A DNA stretch of 64,000 nt from Tubiluchus corallicola. Taxonomy: Eukaryota; Animalia; Priapulida. The translations under genes and the position numbers were made by a program. The notes under the pieces were generated by a model. It had not been told where the DNA came from, did not search any database, and worked only from the letters and a program-made list of their open reading frames with translations. Below are positions 50,880 through 62,714 of this stretch, one piece after another. The stretch lies in the NCBI GenBank assembly GCA_030141605.1, contig JAQGDQ010000014.1, positions 1,302,001 to 1,366,000 of the forward strand, read 5' to 3'. Position 1 is the stretch's first letter. Each line of letters begins with the position of its first letter.

Positions 50880-51336
50880 TGCAACAGGTGTTACAACATA
50901 TGATAGTGTAACAACTGCTTTGTACCAGTCAGATGTCGGTCTACTTTTAAAACATTAGTTTTGCCCTATAAAAGCATTACATGGACTAGCTCCAGCTTTC
51001 ATGGCTGATCGTTTACATTTTCGTGTATATAGCAGGAACACATGAGCTAGCAAAACAAATGAATTACAATGTGTTGTACCTTTTAATAAAAAGAAGTCTT
51101 TAATAATTTAGGATTTTCAAGTACTGCTCCAAAGTACTGGAATAAGATACTAACTGAAATTAGAACTTGCACAAATTTAAATTCTTTTAAAATAATAATA
51201 AAAACTCATCTTTTTAAGTAGTATTTTAATGTATGGGTGGTGAATATAAGTCTATAGTGCCTGTTAATTGTATAGTCCCTTTGAAAAGCCTTTACTGAAA
51301 GAGCGCTTTATAAATAAACACATTTATCATCATTAA

Positions 51337-51378
<42 letters not shown>
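50880..51378 (+). mobile_element. L2-clade LINE 3' end remnant
   Basis: KALHGLAP motif (~50971-50995), APKYWNKI and FKIIIKTHLFK, then AATAAA and an (ATT)n tail. Confidence 0.75.
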
Positions 51379-51381
<3 letters not shown>

Positions 51382-51892
51382 AAAATGGTACTGGTTCGTT
51401 ACGAGTCGATAGTTTGTACGTCATAATTACGATTCTATTCGTTACATTATTAGTTTGCGTTACTCGAAAAAATAGGATTAAAGTACATTGAGCTATATAA
51501 CAGTTCCGTTGCTGTGCACTTCAGGCTACTCAGACCATTGTTACAGCAAAGGCCTAACAGACGAATTATTGCAACTGATATTAAAACGACCAATGAATTG
51601 ATAAATTTCTCCGTCAAACTTCGTCCTCGCAGAAAGACAAGAATCAATTTTATGCTTGTCCGTGGCATCAATTTATCAAAAACGCAGATAATAACTCCCA
51701 TGATAATTTCAATGCTAGATTTTACGTCTCTACAATTTGTGAATAACACTACAAATAATATCAACGATAATCTAATTAAAGAATTTGTAATGGAGATCTT
51801 TAAAAGCAGAGAGTTTTACTTTTTGAACAATAATGATTTGAAAAATATACTTGCATGGCCTAGATCTTGAATTCAGTTTTTCACCAGGAGCT

Positions 51893-53027
51893 TGTGCTTA
51901 TGTAATCAGTCCGAACGGTCATGTGACCAGGTGCCTTTGCGAGCGTAGGGAGGGGAGTTTTTTGCGTCGGTGAAGCGGCTTGGCAGGAAATTTGTGAATT
52001 GTGTAATTTAAGTTTTTGGAGATGCATGCTTTTTACGAATTATAATTTTAATTATGTTTTAGAAGTTTGTTTGAGATTCTTATAAGGGTGTGTTACATAC
52101 GCACTGAGCTACAAACTGAAACTCATGTTTGCTATGAGACAGGGCATCGCAATAAGTGGTGCCGAAACCCGACATTTTTCACTGCATGGTTAATGATTTG
52201 AATTGAATAATCAACGTAAAAATGGATGAGAAAAGTAAACAAAAACTATCGAGAAGAAAGCCATTAGAACACGGTTTCCCAATGCAACAAAACGGGCTAG
52301 CGAGACAGTTTTAAAATTACTAAAACCCAGTGTAAACTTTAGTGTAAACTTTTGCAGAAATCAATGCAAGTATAGCACAGATATCTAACAAATACAAAAG
52401 TTTACCAGTGTGTCCGAGAACTTACAAGAAGAAGTGTAAGAACTTGACACTAAAGCCTACCCAGCAAACTAAGTCAGACAAATTTTTAACTGCGGAGTCA
52501 ATGGAGAGTGGGAGGATAATTTCTTTAAAGCATAGCCATGATGAGATGTGCAGATCAGCTTCTGTGAGGTTAACTTCAGGCAATATCATCAATCGTTCTA
52601 TTACACAAGTTTACCCCCTTGGACTACCTGCAACACAGACAAGTAACACAGATGCAAAACAGCTTAAAATGCAGCATGAAACAGATAACTCTCGACAAAA
52701 TTCGAGGGTGAGTTAAGGACCTAAACTCATAGAAAGGCTGTTAATGCCATCTTCCCTCAGGAGAGTGTGCTGACGTAATCAGTCCGAATGGTCATGTGAC
52801 TGGGTGTCTTTGCGAGCATAAAGGAGAGTTTTTGCATCACTGAAGCGACTTGGCAACAAGTTTGTGAATTTTGTAATTGAAGTTTTTTGGACATGTATAC
52901 TTTTATGCATTATAATTTGAATTACATTTTAGAAGTTTGTTTGAGATTTGATGTTATAAGCATGTGTTGTAAACGTACTGAGCTACGACGAAAAGTCACG
53001 TTTATGATGAGAGAGGGCATCGCAACA
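51893..53027 (+). mobile_element. Internally deleted BEL/Pao LTR retrotransposon
   Basis: Two diverged ~262-bp LTRs (51893-52154, 52766-53027; TG start, second ends CA). PBS TGGTGCCGAAACCCG at 52157 is complementary to the tRNA-Phe 3' end; purine tract before the 3' LTR; GRIISLKHSHDEMCRSASVRLTSGNIINRSITQVYPL resembles the BEL/Pao integrase C-terminus. Confidence 0.85.
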
Positions 53028-53029
53028 CA

Positions 53030-53285
53030 GTCTTCATCAGCTGAAATCTGCTTGTGTTGTCTAGATCTTGAATTTAATTTTTCACCAGGAGCTATCGTCC
53101 TTCACGGAGTTCATCAGTTGAAATCTGCTTGTATGGCCTACATCTTGAATTTCATTTTTCACCAGGAGCTTTCGTCCTTCATGAACTTTGTCGGCTGAAA
53201 TCTGCTTGTATGGCCTAGATCTTGAATTTCATTTTTCACCAGCAGCTTTTGTCCTTCATGGACTTCGTCAGCTGAAATCTGCTTG
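53030..53285. repeat. 77-bp tandem repeat (~3.3 copies, plus a partial copy at 51850-51892)
   Basis: gctgaaatctgcttg recurs at 53040, 53117, 53194 and 53271. Confidence 0.9.
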
Positions 53286-53647
53286 TTTTTACATGCTACG
53301 ACTACAATTTTCTATGATTTTATTAGTGTAGTATCCACCAATGAGCGGTTAAACAATTCCAAAAAAATAATAAATGTAAAGCTTTTGAAACCCACGCAAG
53401 ACACCTAGATCCTGAGCAGCATTTGTACATCTCAGACCTTATTAAAGTGTTTGTTGATTTCACATCGAATTTGACTTTCCAAATTCAAGAAAAATACCAA
53501 GGGAAAATGACGGCTTAGAATATTTCATCTCAGAACCAATAAGATTTTGACGATAAAATCTGCAATGATCTGTTTAAAGCAGAACGTTTCGGTTTAATCG
53601 CAAAACAATTCTTAACTGACAATCTGTAATTAAAATTAAAATCACAT

Positions 53648-54711
53648 TAGTGGCACAAATAAGGGAGGCGAAGGGAGGTTGTTCGCCAGGGCGAATTTTA
53701 ATCAAGTGAACTGAAAAGGTTGATTCTGCCAGAATCGTAGAAAGTAGAAATGGGGAAACACCTGATAATATGATTTTCCATAAAAACGCTGCTAAATTTC
53801 CGTGTCTTCTGCACATTGCACCAACTGAAGGTTAAAAAATAGTATTTTAATGTCATTGTAATATTTGTAACATAGTTTGTATTCACTTTGAAAGTTTCTG
53901 CATTGTACACGTTTTGATCACATCAGTGTCACTGATGTCAGTCTGTCTGTTGTGTCACTATATTTTAAAATTGAAACTGGATGTATGTCTTGTTTTTTGT
54001 ATTGCATGCATTTTTGGCAATAATAAGTATGAAATACGAAATTCACGTTTTGACTTTACTGTGGTACATAATATCCCTTGTAGCTGCAAGCTTATCGGGG
54101 GCATTTGGTTTAACACTGATGAATTATTATTAGTTTTACTTACCTAATAACGATTGTGATTCTGTGTGGCTTCTTGGCTCGCCAACATAATTTACGTGTT
54201 TTTGAATATGTCCGTCAGAATATGAATTAAAATATCTTCATTTGACATAATCACTTGCAAAACTGTCAAGTAATTTACGAACAGACATCTCAACTTTATC
54301 ATCCGAATAACAAACTTTTATTTGCTCAAATGTTATGATGTTTGGGCAAATAAACTTGGGCAGAGTGACTCCCAGCGACCTGTTGGGAGTCACTCTGGAA
54401 TGGTCTGTAACTGCTATTAAAACACTCTTTTCGGCGTTAGTATTTGAGGAAGCCTTTCAGCATCGCAACTTTTTAATTTTGAAACATATCTGGTTGTATT
54501 TTATTTCTTCACAATTTTTAGTTTTCTGCAAGGAGTACTACTTTATTATTTTATCAATTTATCTTTTCACAATTTAGTCATAACTTATCACAACTGCGAA
54601 GTACCACATTTCGCAAATCTAAAATTTTCCTGCATAAACATTTTCATCGGAGAGGGGAGTGTCCAGCTTAAGTGCCGTCCCAGGGCGCTACATGCGCTAC
54701 CTACGCCACTG
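53648..54711. mobile_element. Possible hAT-type non-autonomous element
   Basis: Termini TAGTGGC ... GCCACTG; flanks AATCACAT / AATTATAT (6/8). Confidence 0.45.
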
Positions 54712-55819
54712 AATTATATTAAATTTTTTGCACATTAAAATTTTTCTACAATATTAAATATAAATATATATTTTTATTACACCATTAACTGGCATCTGGA
54801 ATTATTAGAATTTTGTGGAGCCATTATCATCAATGATTTTTACTGTAAATTTCATGTCTGATGGCTTTTATAATAAAAATAATTAATGATATAAATACAA
54901 AATTCTAATGAATGCAATTGGTGTAACTTTAATGAGCTGCAATTTTATATTTTTACAAAGTAAAAAGATTTTAGCTTGCAATAAATATTAATGTGAATCT
55001 AATAAGATTTGTCCAACAATAGCAATAATTGGTGAAAGACTTGAAAGTGAAATTTAAAATTTCTTATAAGCTACACAACTAATGAGAGAAAAAGCAAGCT
55101 ATAGAGACGACAGGTATGTCTATAGTTTAAGTGGATTAAAAGTCAGTCGTAGGCAGGAATTTACGAGAACCATTGAATTAAAGTAGTCTGCATGTGACAG
55201 GAAGCAAAGAGGTGCTAGTGGACCGGCTTATTCAGTGCATGACACGGCAGCGAAGCCATCTGTGTACTACACGTGCAGATGACGTATTAATGCGCTTCTG
55301 TGGGTGATGCTAAGACTTATTGATTCGCGAATTACCGTATGTAGCCGAATGCTCTTCGTATAACATGAATTAAAAAAGCTTAAAAACAAAAGAAAATCTT
55401 TTAAGCTTGCCTATAAGGACAAAATGTTCAATCTCTTTATTACAGTTCACACCTTAAAGATAGCAGAGTATCTAAGCCAGGCCAAATAGAAATAACAACA
55501 AATCATTAAGCGAGAAAAATTATCTAGCGACAGCGACTGCAGAAAAAAATTCATAACGAGAGCCGATAACTAAAAATTTGTCACGTACTGGGAAACACCA
55601 AGTTTAATAATAAAACTGTATTGTACTGTACTGTAAGCTAGCCTTATGCTACGTATTTTGGGGGACGGCATTCAAGACAGCTAATAATTTGGCAAAACTA
55701 AGCGTTAGATACACAGTGACAGATCTCAGTTATGTTCTCAATGAAAGAGTTATGTTCTCAATTTACACAACGTGAGCGTGTTGGCTATTAAAATGCAAAG
55801 TTGAACAGTTTTCACTTAC

Positions 55820-55871
55820 CTGTTTTACTCTCATTGTGATCAGCTGGCTTCATCTGTACAGGGTGATGCAT
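55820..55871 (-). CDS. CELF1/2: CELF1/2 exon, end of RRM1 (most 5' canonical exon found)
   Basis: tttttgcag acceptor, GTAAGT donor, 52 nt; MHHPVQMKPADHNESKT, cf. CELF1 MHHPIQMKPADSEK. Confidence 0.95.
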
Positions 55872-55962
55872 CTGCAAAAACAGCTATAATTATATTACTG
55901 CTGCCATATTCTGCTTTGCAGCAGGAGCTTCTTGATTTATCCACGGTTTTTGTTCTTTATTA

Positions 55963-55968
55963 ATATTA

Positions 55969-56036
<68 letters not shown>
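55963..56036. repeat. (ATT)n microsatellite
   Basis: Direct reading; source of the poly-N ORF 55890..56117. Confidence 0.95.
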
Positions 56037-56215
56037 TGTGCATTTTTGTTTCTTTAATAACTCGAACTCACAGGCCACACTTCCCAGGTAGGGGGACCAG
56101 AGATATATGTTACGCAAAAGTTACATGATGGGTGTTTTTTTCTTGTTTTTTTTAAAGTGGCTACAATAACTAGGCCATAACCTCTGGGGGCTAGGGGCAG
56201 CTGCCACACTCAGAT

Positions 56216-56779
56216 ATGAAAGGTAAAAAATGAATTTTAAAATCTAATAATCTTTACAAAATTGTTACTTATTCCATCACAGAGTTAGATTAATTAATCT
56301 TAACGGTAATTGATCTCAAGAGTAACTATTTAACAAGTTTATAAGTAAAAAAATGATTGTTACAAATTATTAACACGATGCCCTTTTAACTTCTTTGATG
56401 TTGAAAATCCTTACTTATCCGTACTGTCAGGAAGCTACTCTCAAAACTCATGAAATGTAAAAAATGAATTTTAAAATCTAATAATCTTTCCAAAATTGTT
56501 ACTTATTCCTTGAGAAAATGCAGGCTATCGTTGTCAGACAAATAATCTATTCGCAATGAGGTACTTTTCTAGCCACCTCTCATTCTTCCTATATCTCAAC
56601 CTCCATCACAGAGCTAGATTAATTAATCTTAACGGTAATTGATATCAAAAGTAACTATTTAACAAGTTTATAAGTAAAAACGTAATTGTTACAATTTATT
56701 AACACGATGCGCTTTTAATTTCTTTGATGTTGAAAATCCCTACTTATCCTTACTGTCAGGAAGCTCCTCTCAAAACTCA
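56216..56779. repeat. ~235-bp tandem duplication; second copy carries ~95 extra bp
   Basis: aaaaaatgaattttaaaatctaataatcttt...ctcaaaactca occurs twice; extra sequence at ~56510-56603. Confidence 0.85.
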
Positions 56780-58262
56780 AGTATGAAGTTACATATTACA
56801 TAGCCAGTCAGGTGCGCTAAGTTCCATGTTATGTAATGCAATACTAATGGCAAAATAATATTGAAAGCTGAACTGAAATTAAACAAAAAGGATTCTGGCA
56901 TAACAGTTACGTATATCAAGGTGAGTTAATCTGTACATCATAAGTAATAAGAGCTACTGCGTCATTTGTGGAATGTATCATATGATCTGCAAACTAAAAC
57001 AGAGCCAGAAATGGTGGCGTGGTAAAGATTTCCCATAGTGCAAGGACATGCATTTTTCAGTTATCAAAGAGGAGCAACTTGAAACGTTGTTACAGTAAAT
57101 ATAAAACATCGTAAGTCATAATAATCTCCAAACGTCACTCAATTTTTTGCAGAAAGCCACGACAGAGAAGAAAGGCTTTAAGGACACAACGTGGTAATAC
57201 CACTGACCGTAACTCATTTTACACTGGCTTCAGTGAGACGTCAGCTTGCCAGTGTAAGATGGGGAATTTCACCACAGAAGGAAACATTAGTCAGCGATTC
57301 ATTTTTGATTTAGAAGCGGGTCTGCAAAGGGAATCAAGTTGACGATGCAACGACGGAACCAATTTCACGCCACATTTTACGCCTTAGCAAGTCAAATTAA
57401 ATTCCCCTAACTCGCATCCAGAAAATTGATATGGCAAGCATGAATGTGCGTTTCATCACTAGATGGCCGTTAATAATATAAACGAAACTTCTCAGTGCAT
57501 AAAGATAAAAATGATCGCAGAGCACATGGTACATAGTCTATGGTCAAACGAGCTTAGTTTCTTAATTACTAACACTGACTGTTATTAGAAGTTTTGTTTG
57601 TAGTGTCAGTTAACATTGTTGCTTTCAGCCCAAAATTTAGTAAAATTAAGCGAGAAGAGTGGGATCGTCAGAGAAATTACGAAATATCAGAAAATAAAGA
57701 CCTCCCACCTGCCTCTGTGCCTCAAATGACAGTACTACGGCCCTTCTTAACTGCTAGTAAATGTGGTACAATTATAGTATTTATCATTTAATTGCATTTC
57801 TCTTAAAATACATTACAAATAATAAAACCATCTTGTTTTTACAGTTTGCTAAGAAAGATTTATAATTTGTTATATGCGTAAACAAAGCACATAGCACTTA
57901 CGATGAGTTGCTAAACACACAGAAAACGAAACATTGTGTAAACCACAAAGTAAACGAAGGATGACTGTTAATTATAGCTGTATAAAAACTCATAACAAAG
58001 TTGTGTTTCCTGTTTACATTTCCCAATTTTTTAAATCTCAGCTTATCTTTTAAATGTCAGACGTTTTGCCCAGAGTATGTTAGGATATTATTTCTTCAAA
58101 CTCTATGATATTTTCCAATATCCAGCAAACAGCATAAGTCAATTAAGATTATGAAAACTAAAACTAGATTCTATGTCTTGTTCTGAAGCCCTGATTCAAC
58201 TATAACTGTATGGAAACCCGCTGTAGCAGCAGTTCCGTCGACACGCACGCTTCCGCATTTAC

Positions 58263-58361
58263 CCTTGCAGGACTTCCAATCTTCATCTTTCCGTCGTTGA
58301 TTAAACCTGCAGGCTCAGCACCATTATCACTGCGGCAGTACTTCCTCCAGAAGGTTCTCAT
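58263..58361 (-). CDS. Candidate alternative first coding exon of the CELF gene
   Basis: AAAAAGATG start, 33 open codons MRTFWRKYCRSDNGAEPAGLINDGKMKIGSPAR, phase-0 donor AGG|GTAAAT compatible with the phase-0 acceptor at 55871. Confidence 0.4.
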
Positions 58362-59229
58362 CTTTTTCTAGATATAATTACATCTTGACTGACCTGACAC
58401 ATGAAACTCTGGTTAATTACAGTATCAAGATATAATTAAGGCACCAAAATTGCTTTGGGTTGCGATTAATGAAAGAAAAATATAGACAGCGTAATTGCAT
58501 GGTTTAGACGCGCATGGCATCGCGGGTGCAGAGAGAGATGTAGAATATGTACTTTATTTAAAGTCGGATCGTAATGATGTCTTACACTGATAAACAAAAC
58601 ATAAGAAATACAAGATAAAATATACCTATAAATACATAAAAACATATTGATATCTTTCAGTAATTTTCAGTGACGCTTTGCAACTTGAATGTTTTTGCTT
58701 GCTTGAATCTTACAGTAAGGAAATCATAAATAACAACATATATTAATTACGTGTATATACACACAGTATTAACAAACCCTTCCAAACCAAACCAGGAAGC
58801 GATATCCCCTTTCTAAAACATAGGAAATCTTTAATAGGGAATCCAATGCAAACTAGAAATGAAAAGGTGCTTACAGTCAGTCAGTAGAACAGCAATCAGT
58901 GCTTGCAATGCAGCTGCACTAAAACTGAAGTTCTCGACTAATCTAAGTAGCTTAAAAGAGAACTAAAGCTCTGAAGCCTTACCTTTGGTAAAAATAATAG
59001 CATAGTTTAAGTGTAATTCCTTAAGTGCGCAACATTTTAATTAAACGAAAGGATTTCTTGCGTAATATTCACCTAGAAAAGGTATTCTTCCCGCTATAAA
59101 ACACATTCTACTTTTGGCTTTATCTGTCTTCTCAAGATTACATTATTTCAGGCAGACACTATACTGCTGACCCTGCTAACTGCTAACGCATTACCCTGCT
59201 TTTGCCGTCGGTAGAGCTAATACTAGCGC

Positions 59230-59572
59230 TGCAGCGCACACGATAAAAAACCTGTCTGCAACAAATTGTCTGATGCAAACTGTCCCAAACAAAATTCGCT
59301 CGCACAAGGCAGTTTTTTACGAAGCAAACTGTGTCATCGGTAACCCAGTACACAATTGCTAGATGATACGTGACCAAAATGATTGCTTTTTACGGTCAGA
59401 CCTTGTTTTGTCTGAGACAGATTTGTATACTGAGCCCGCACACGACAGCCTGTCTGCGACAGAAAATTAAGTTTAAGAAAAATCTGTGTCAAGCATCATA
59501 CATGCGCCAAGCACCACACACGAGCAAAGATTTATCTCAAACAAGTTGTTGCAGACAGATTTCGCATGGCGC
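59230..59572. mobile_element. MITE remnant with CACACG/TGTCTG motifs (Harbinger-like)
   Basis: aacctgtctgcaacaaattgtctga is inverted as tcaaacaagttgttgcagacagatt near 59537-59561. Confidence 0.55.
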
Positions 59573-59652
59573 CATGAATAACTAACTGTTAATAGTATAG
59601 CAGATTATTTCGTTAATGAAAAAATTCTCGCAACGGCATTTATCTCATTTAG

Positions 59653-59850
59653 GGAGGAAATACAGGGAAGAAATCGAAGCCTTTCAGAAGCGTAACACAG
59701 AAACGAAAAGTTAAAAGGCTGGAGGACCCTATAAAGACAGCAAACAGATTTGGAGGAAATACAGGGAAGAAATCGAAGCCTTTCAGAAGCGTAACACAGA
59801 AACGAAAAGTTAAAAGGCTGGAGGACCCTATAAAGACAGCAAACAGATTT
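59653..59850. repeat. Perfect 99-bp tandem duplication
   Basis: ggaggaaatacaggg...aaacagattt starting at 59653 and 59752. Confidence 0.95.
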
Positions 59851-60686
59851 ACTGATAAAGTATTAGCAACGAGACCAGAGTTATGGTTATGAAGAAGATG
59901 AAATTATTGAAATGGATGAAGGTAAAAAACAAAAGTTGGGGCTTCAAAAGTTCTCATATGAAAAAGGCAAAAAGCTGAGGGAAAATCTAGACAGTTGCAA
60001 ATGTACATGAAGAATGTGCAGCAGAAACTGCAGAAATATTGATTGTTTCTGAAGACCCAGTTTAATGGAGTTATAAATTCACTTTCAAATTCAAATAATG
60101 CAAACTAATGCATATAGCAAACTAACACTTAATTAGTACACTATAGTACACTAATGTATAGGCTTTACACTCATGCACTATTATTCTATATTTTGTGCAA
60201 CAAAGTTCAGTTTTGGGGTGGAACCTAGGGAAAGAGGGTCTAGGGTGTCAAGCTATCTAGAGCAGGCCCTGCGTATGCAATACTGCCATTTAATGCGGAT
60301 CAGTATAATTAGTACTATATAATGGAAGAATATAAATCAGCAGTGGACTTTAAAACGGTGGCAAAACTGAGTTGAACTGACCCATTCAGTTACTGTTGTT
60401 TCGAGGAGACATAGTTACAAATTTCCACAACATTTCACATCAGAATTTCGAAAAAAATCTCTATATATTAGTGTGTTACACACTCAAGCAGTGCTTGAAA
60501 GACTAAATGTGAAATACCCAGGATCAGTCAATAAGGTCTGTTCATATGCTTGTTTTCTTTGATGTGTATAAAAATAAGCAGAAAGCGGCGATTAGCGATT
60601 AGCTATAAGCGATTTCTTGTTTAGTTTCCTAACCAATGTGGGACAGTTGTGAAAACATGTCATATCTGTTCTAGGAGTTTCCTTCA

Positions 60687-60715
60687 AGAGAAAGCGAGAG
60701 GGGGCGGAGGAGAGG

Positions 60716-60762
<47 letters not shown>

Positions 60763-60820
60763 AGAGAGAGAGAGAGAGAGAGAGGAGGGAAGGAAGGAGG
60801 GAGAGATAGATAGATAGAGA
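60687..60820. repeat. (GA)n / GAGG / GATA microsatellite
   Basis: Direct reading. Confidence 0.9.
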
Positions 60821-61098
60821 TTTTTTTATCTAACTCTTTATTTCGAACTAGGTTCATAGAAAACAACATACAACGTAATATACAATACTTGCAAGACATA
60901 CAATAATTATAACCCCTCCTCCCAACATATACAAATTAATTCATATAAATTAAATAACAGTACAATATATATATATATATATATATACAATACCATACTT
61001 CCAGCCCATAATTTATACATAGTAATTTCCTCCATTGGTCTGTTACGTCTGAAGTGTAAAATGCGTCACTGCTACTCAATGCTTTTATAAGAAGATAT

Positions 61099-61289
<191 letters not shown>

Positions 61290-62676
61290 TTAAAATTACA
61301 ATAAAAAGTGGTGTAAAAAATTAGCTACTATGGGATTAAAGTATAGGTAAGTCTTAAAAGAGTTAGTGAAAAAAGTGAAAAAGTGAAAACTTGAAGCGTG
61401 CTTTTGAAAAGATCCAACTTGTGATGCTATAATCTATCTGTACAAATCTATTTGTACTGCAGTCACATCTGGGTTGGTGCCTCATGCTGACTACTGTAAT
61501 CTAACTGACTGTCAGTCTGATCAACTTGTGGCCAACCTTCCACAACTTTGCTCGTATAAGATGTGTTGCTGCAACCAGGCTTCTTTTATTGCCAAGACTT
61601 TAAAGATCTATACAGAAACAATTCAGAGAAACTATCTTATCCTTACACGCACTCGTTCACGCATGCGCGCCGGAACTGTACGAGAAGACCATTTCTGGAA
61701 TGTGTTTACATAAGCGCTGGATCAGCTGAAGGCCAGCTGGTAGGTCTTCTGCCCCAAAACCAAGCTTCCGACGCGTGCAGAGCTGTAGAATGTGTGATGT
61801 ATGTGTTTATAGCGCTTGTCAGCCAAAGATGAGACTTGATGACCTCGCATAGGTTGCTTGAAACTTTGGAACATCACACAGACTATGGAGTGAAAGAAAG
61901 ATTCTTCCTTTATTTTTCTGTATTATATATAGGCTCCTTTCCTGGAGTGAAGAATTTCAGGTCATAGTAGCTTTGTCCATTTGATCTGTAAATGAAATCT
62001 ATACCGTGTTTTTCGGTTTTCAGCAGAAAGAAATTATGTTCTTGGCAGGCTGCCAACTTTTGACCTTTTCTCCGCAGTGTGGTAACTGTTTGGCTTATTC
62101 AAAATATGTAAACATTATTTTTAAATAATACACACCTAACAAATAAGAATGACACTTATAATTTTGGGAGACCAAGAAGCTTTCCATAATTGTGTAGGCC
62201 ACCTAGTAGTTAAATAACCTAGTGAAACAAATAATAAAAACATTAAAAGTCTGCATAGATATTAATTAAAAATAATTAACTATTACTCACGCACACGCAT
62301 GCCTCACTAGCGTCTTTATTCGCACTGCAAAAAATTGCACAGTATCTTTTATGCACAATTTTTAAGAAAAGTGTAACTTAAAAAAGGCATTAGGAATTAG
62401 CTCCGTGTTAATCAACTTTTCATGGATGTATTCCATTGGTGTAACATGTATAAATTTCGCGTGATAGGTATGTAGTTATTTATGAGATGTATAACTGTAA
62501 TATCTACATTGTATTACCTTTCCTTGTTTTGATCTTAAGTACTGTACTAATTTTTATGTATATATTTGCTTGTTAGTGTCTATTAATCCTGTAATTGTAA
62601 TTTTATTGTTTTCTACATAATTTTGTACTTTTTTATAATTTTAATGTGAACTATATGTTCGAATTAAATGGTGTTT

Positions 62677-62714
62677 TGTGCGTGTGTGTGTATGTGTGTG
62701 TGTGTGTGTTTGTG
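62677..62714. repeat. (TG)n microsatellite
   Basis: Direct reading. Confidence 0.85.

Noticed and set aside
51450-51870. Overlapping 104-aa and 118-aa ORFs as a gene
   Set aside because: No recognisable domain; sandwiched between repeats; non-ATG starts.
58875-58940. SAAALQALIAVLLTD segment as the missing RRM1 exon
   Set aside because: Only superficially like RKAALEAQNALHN; lacks GCCFVTF and LPG.
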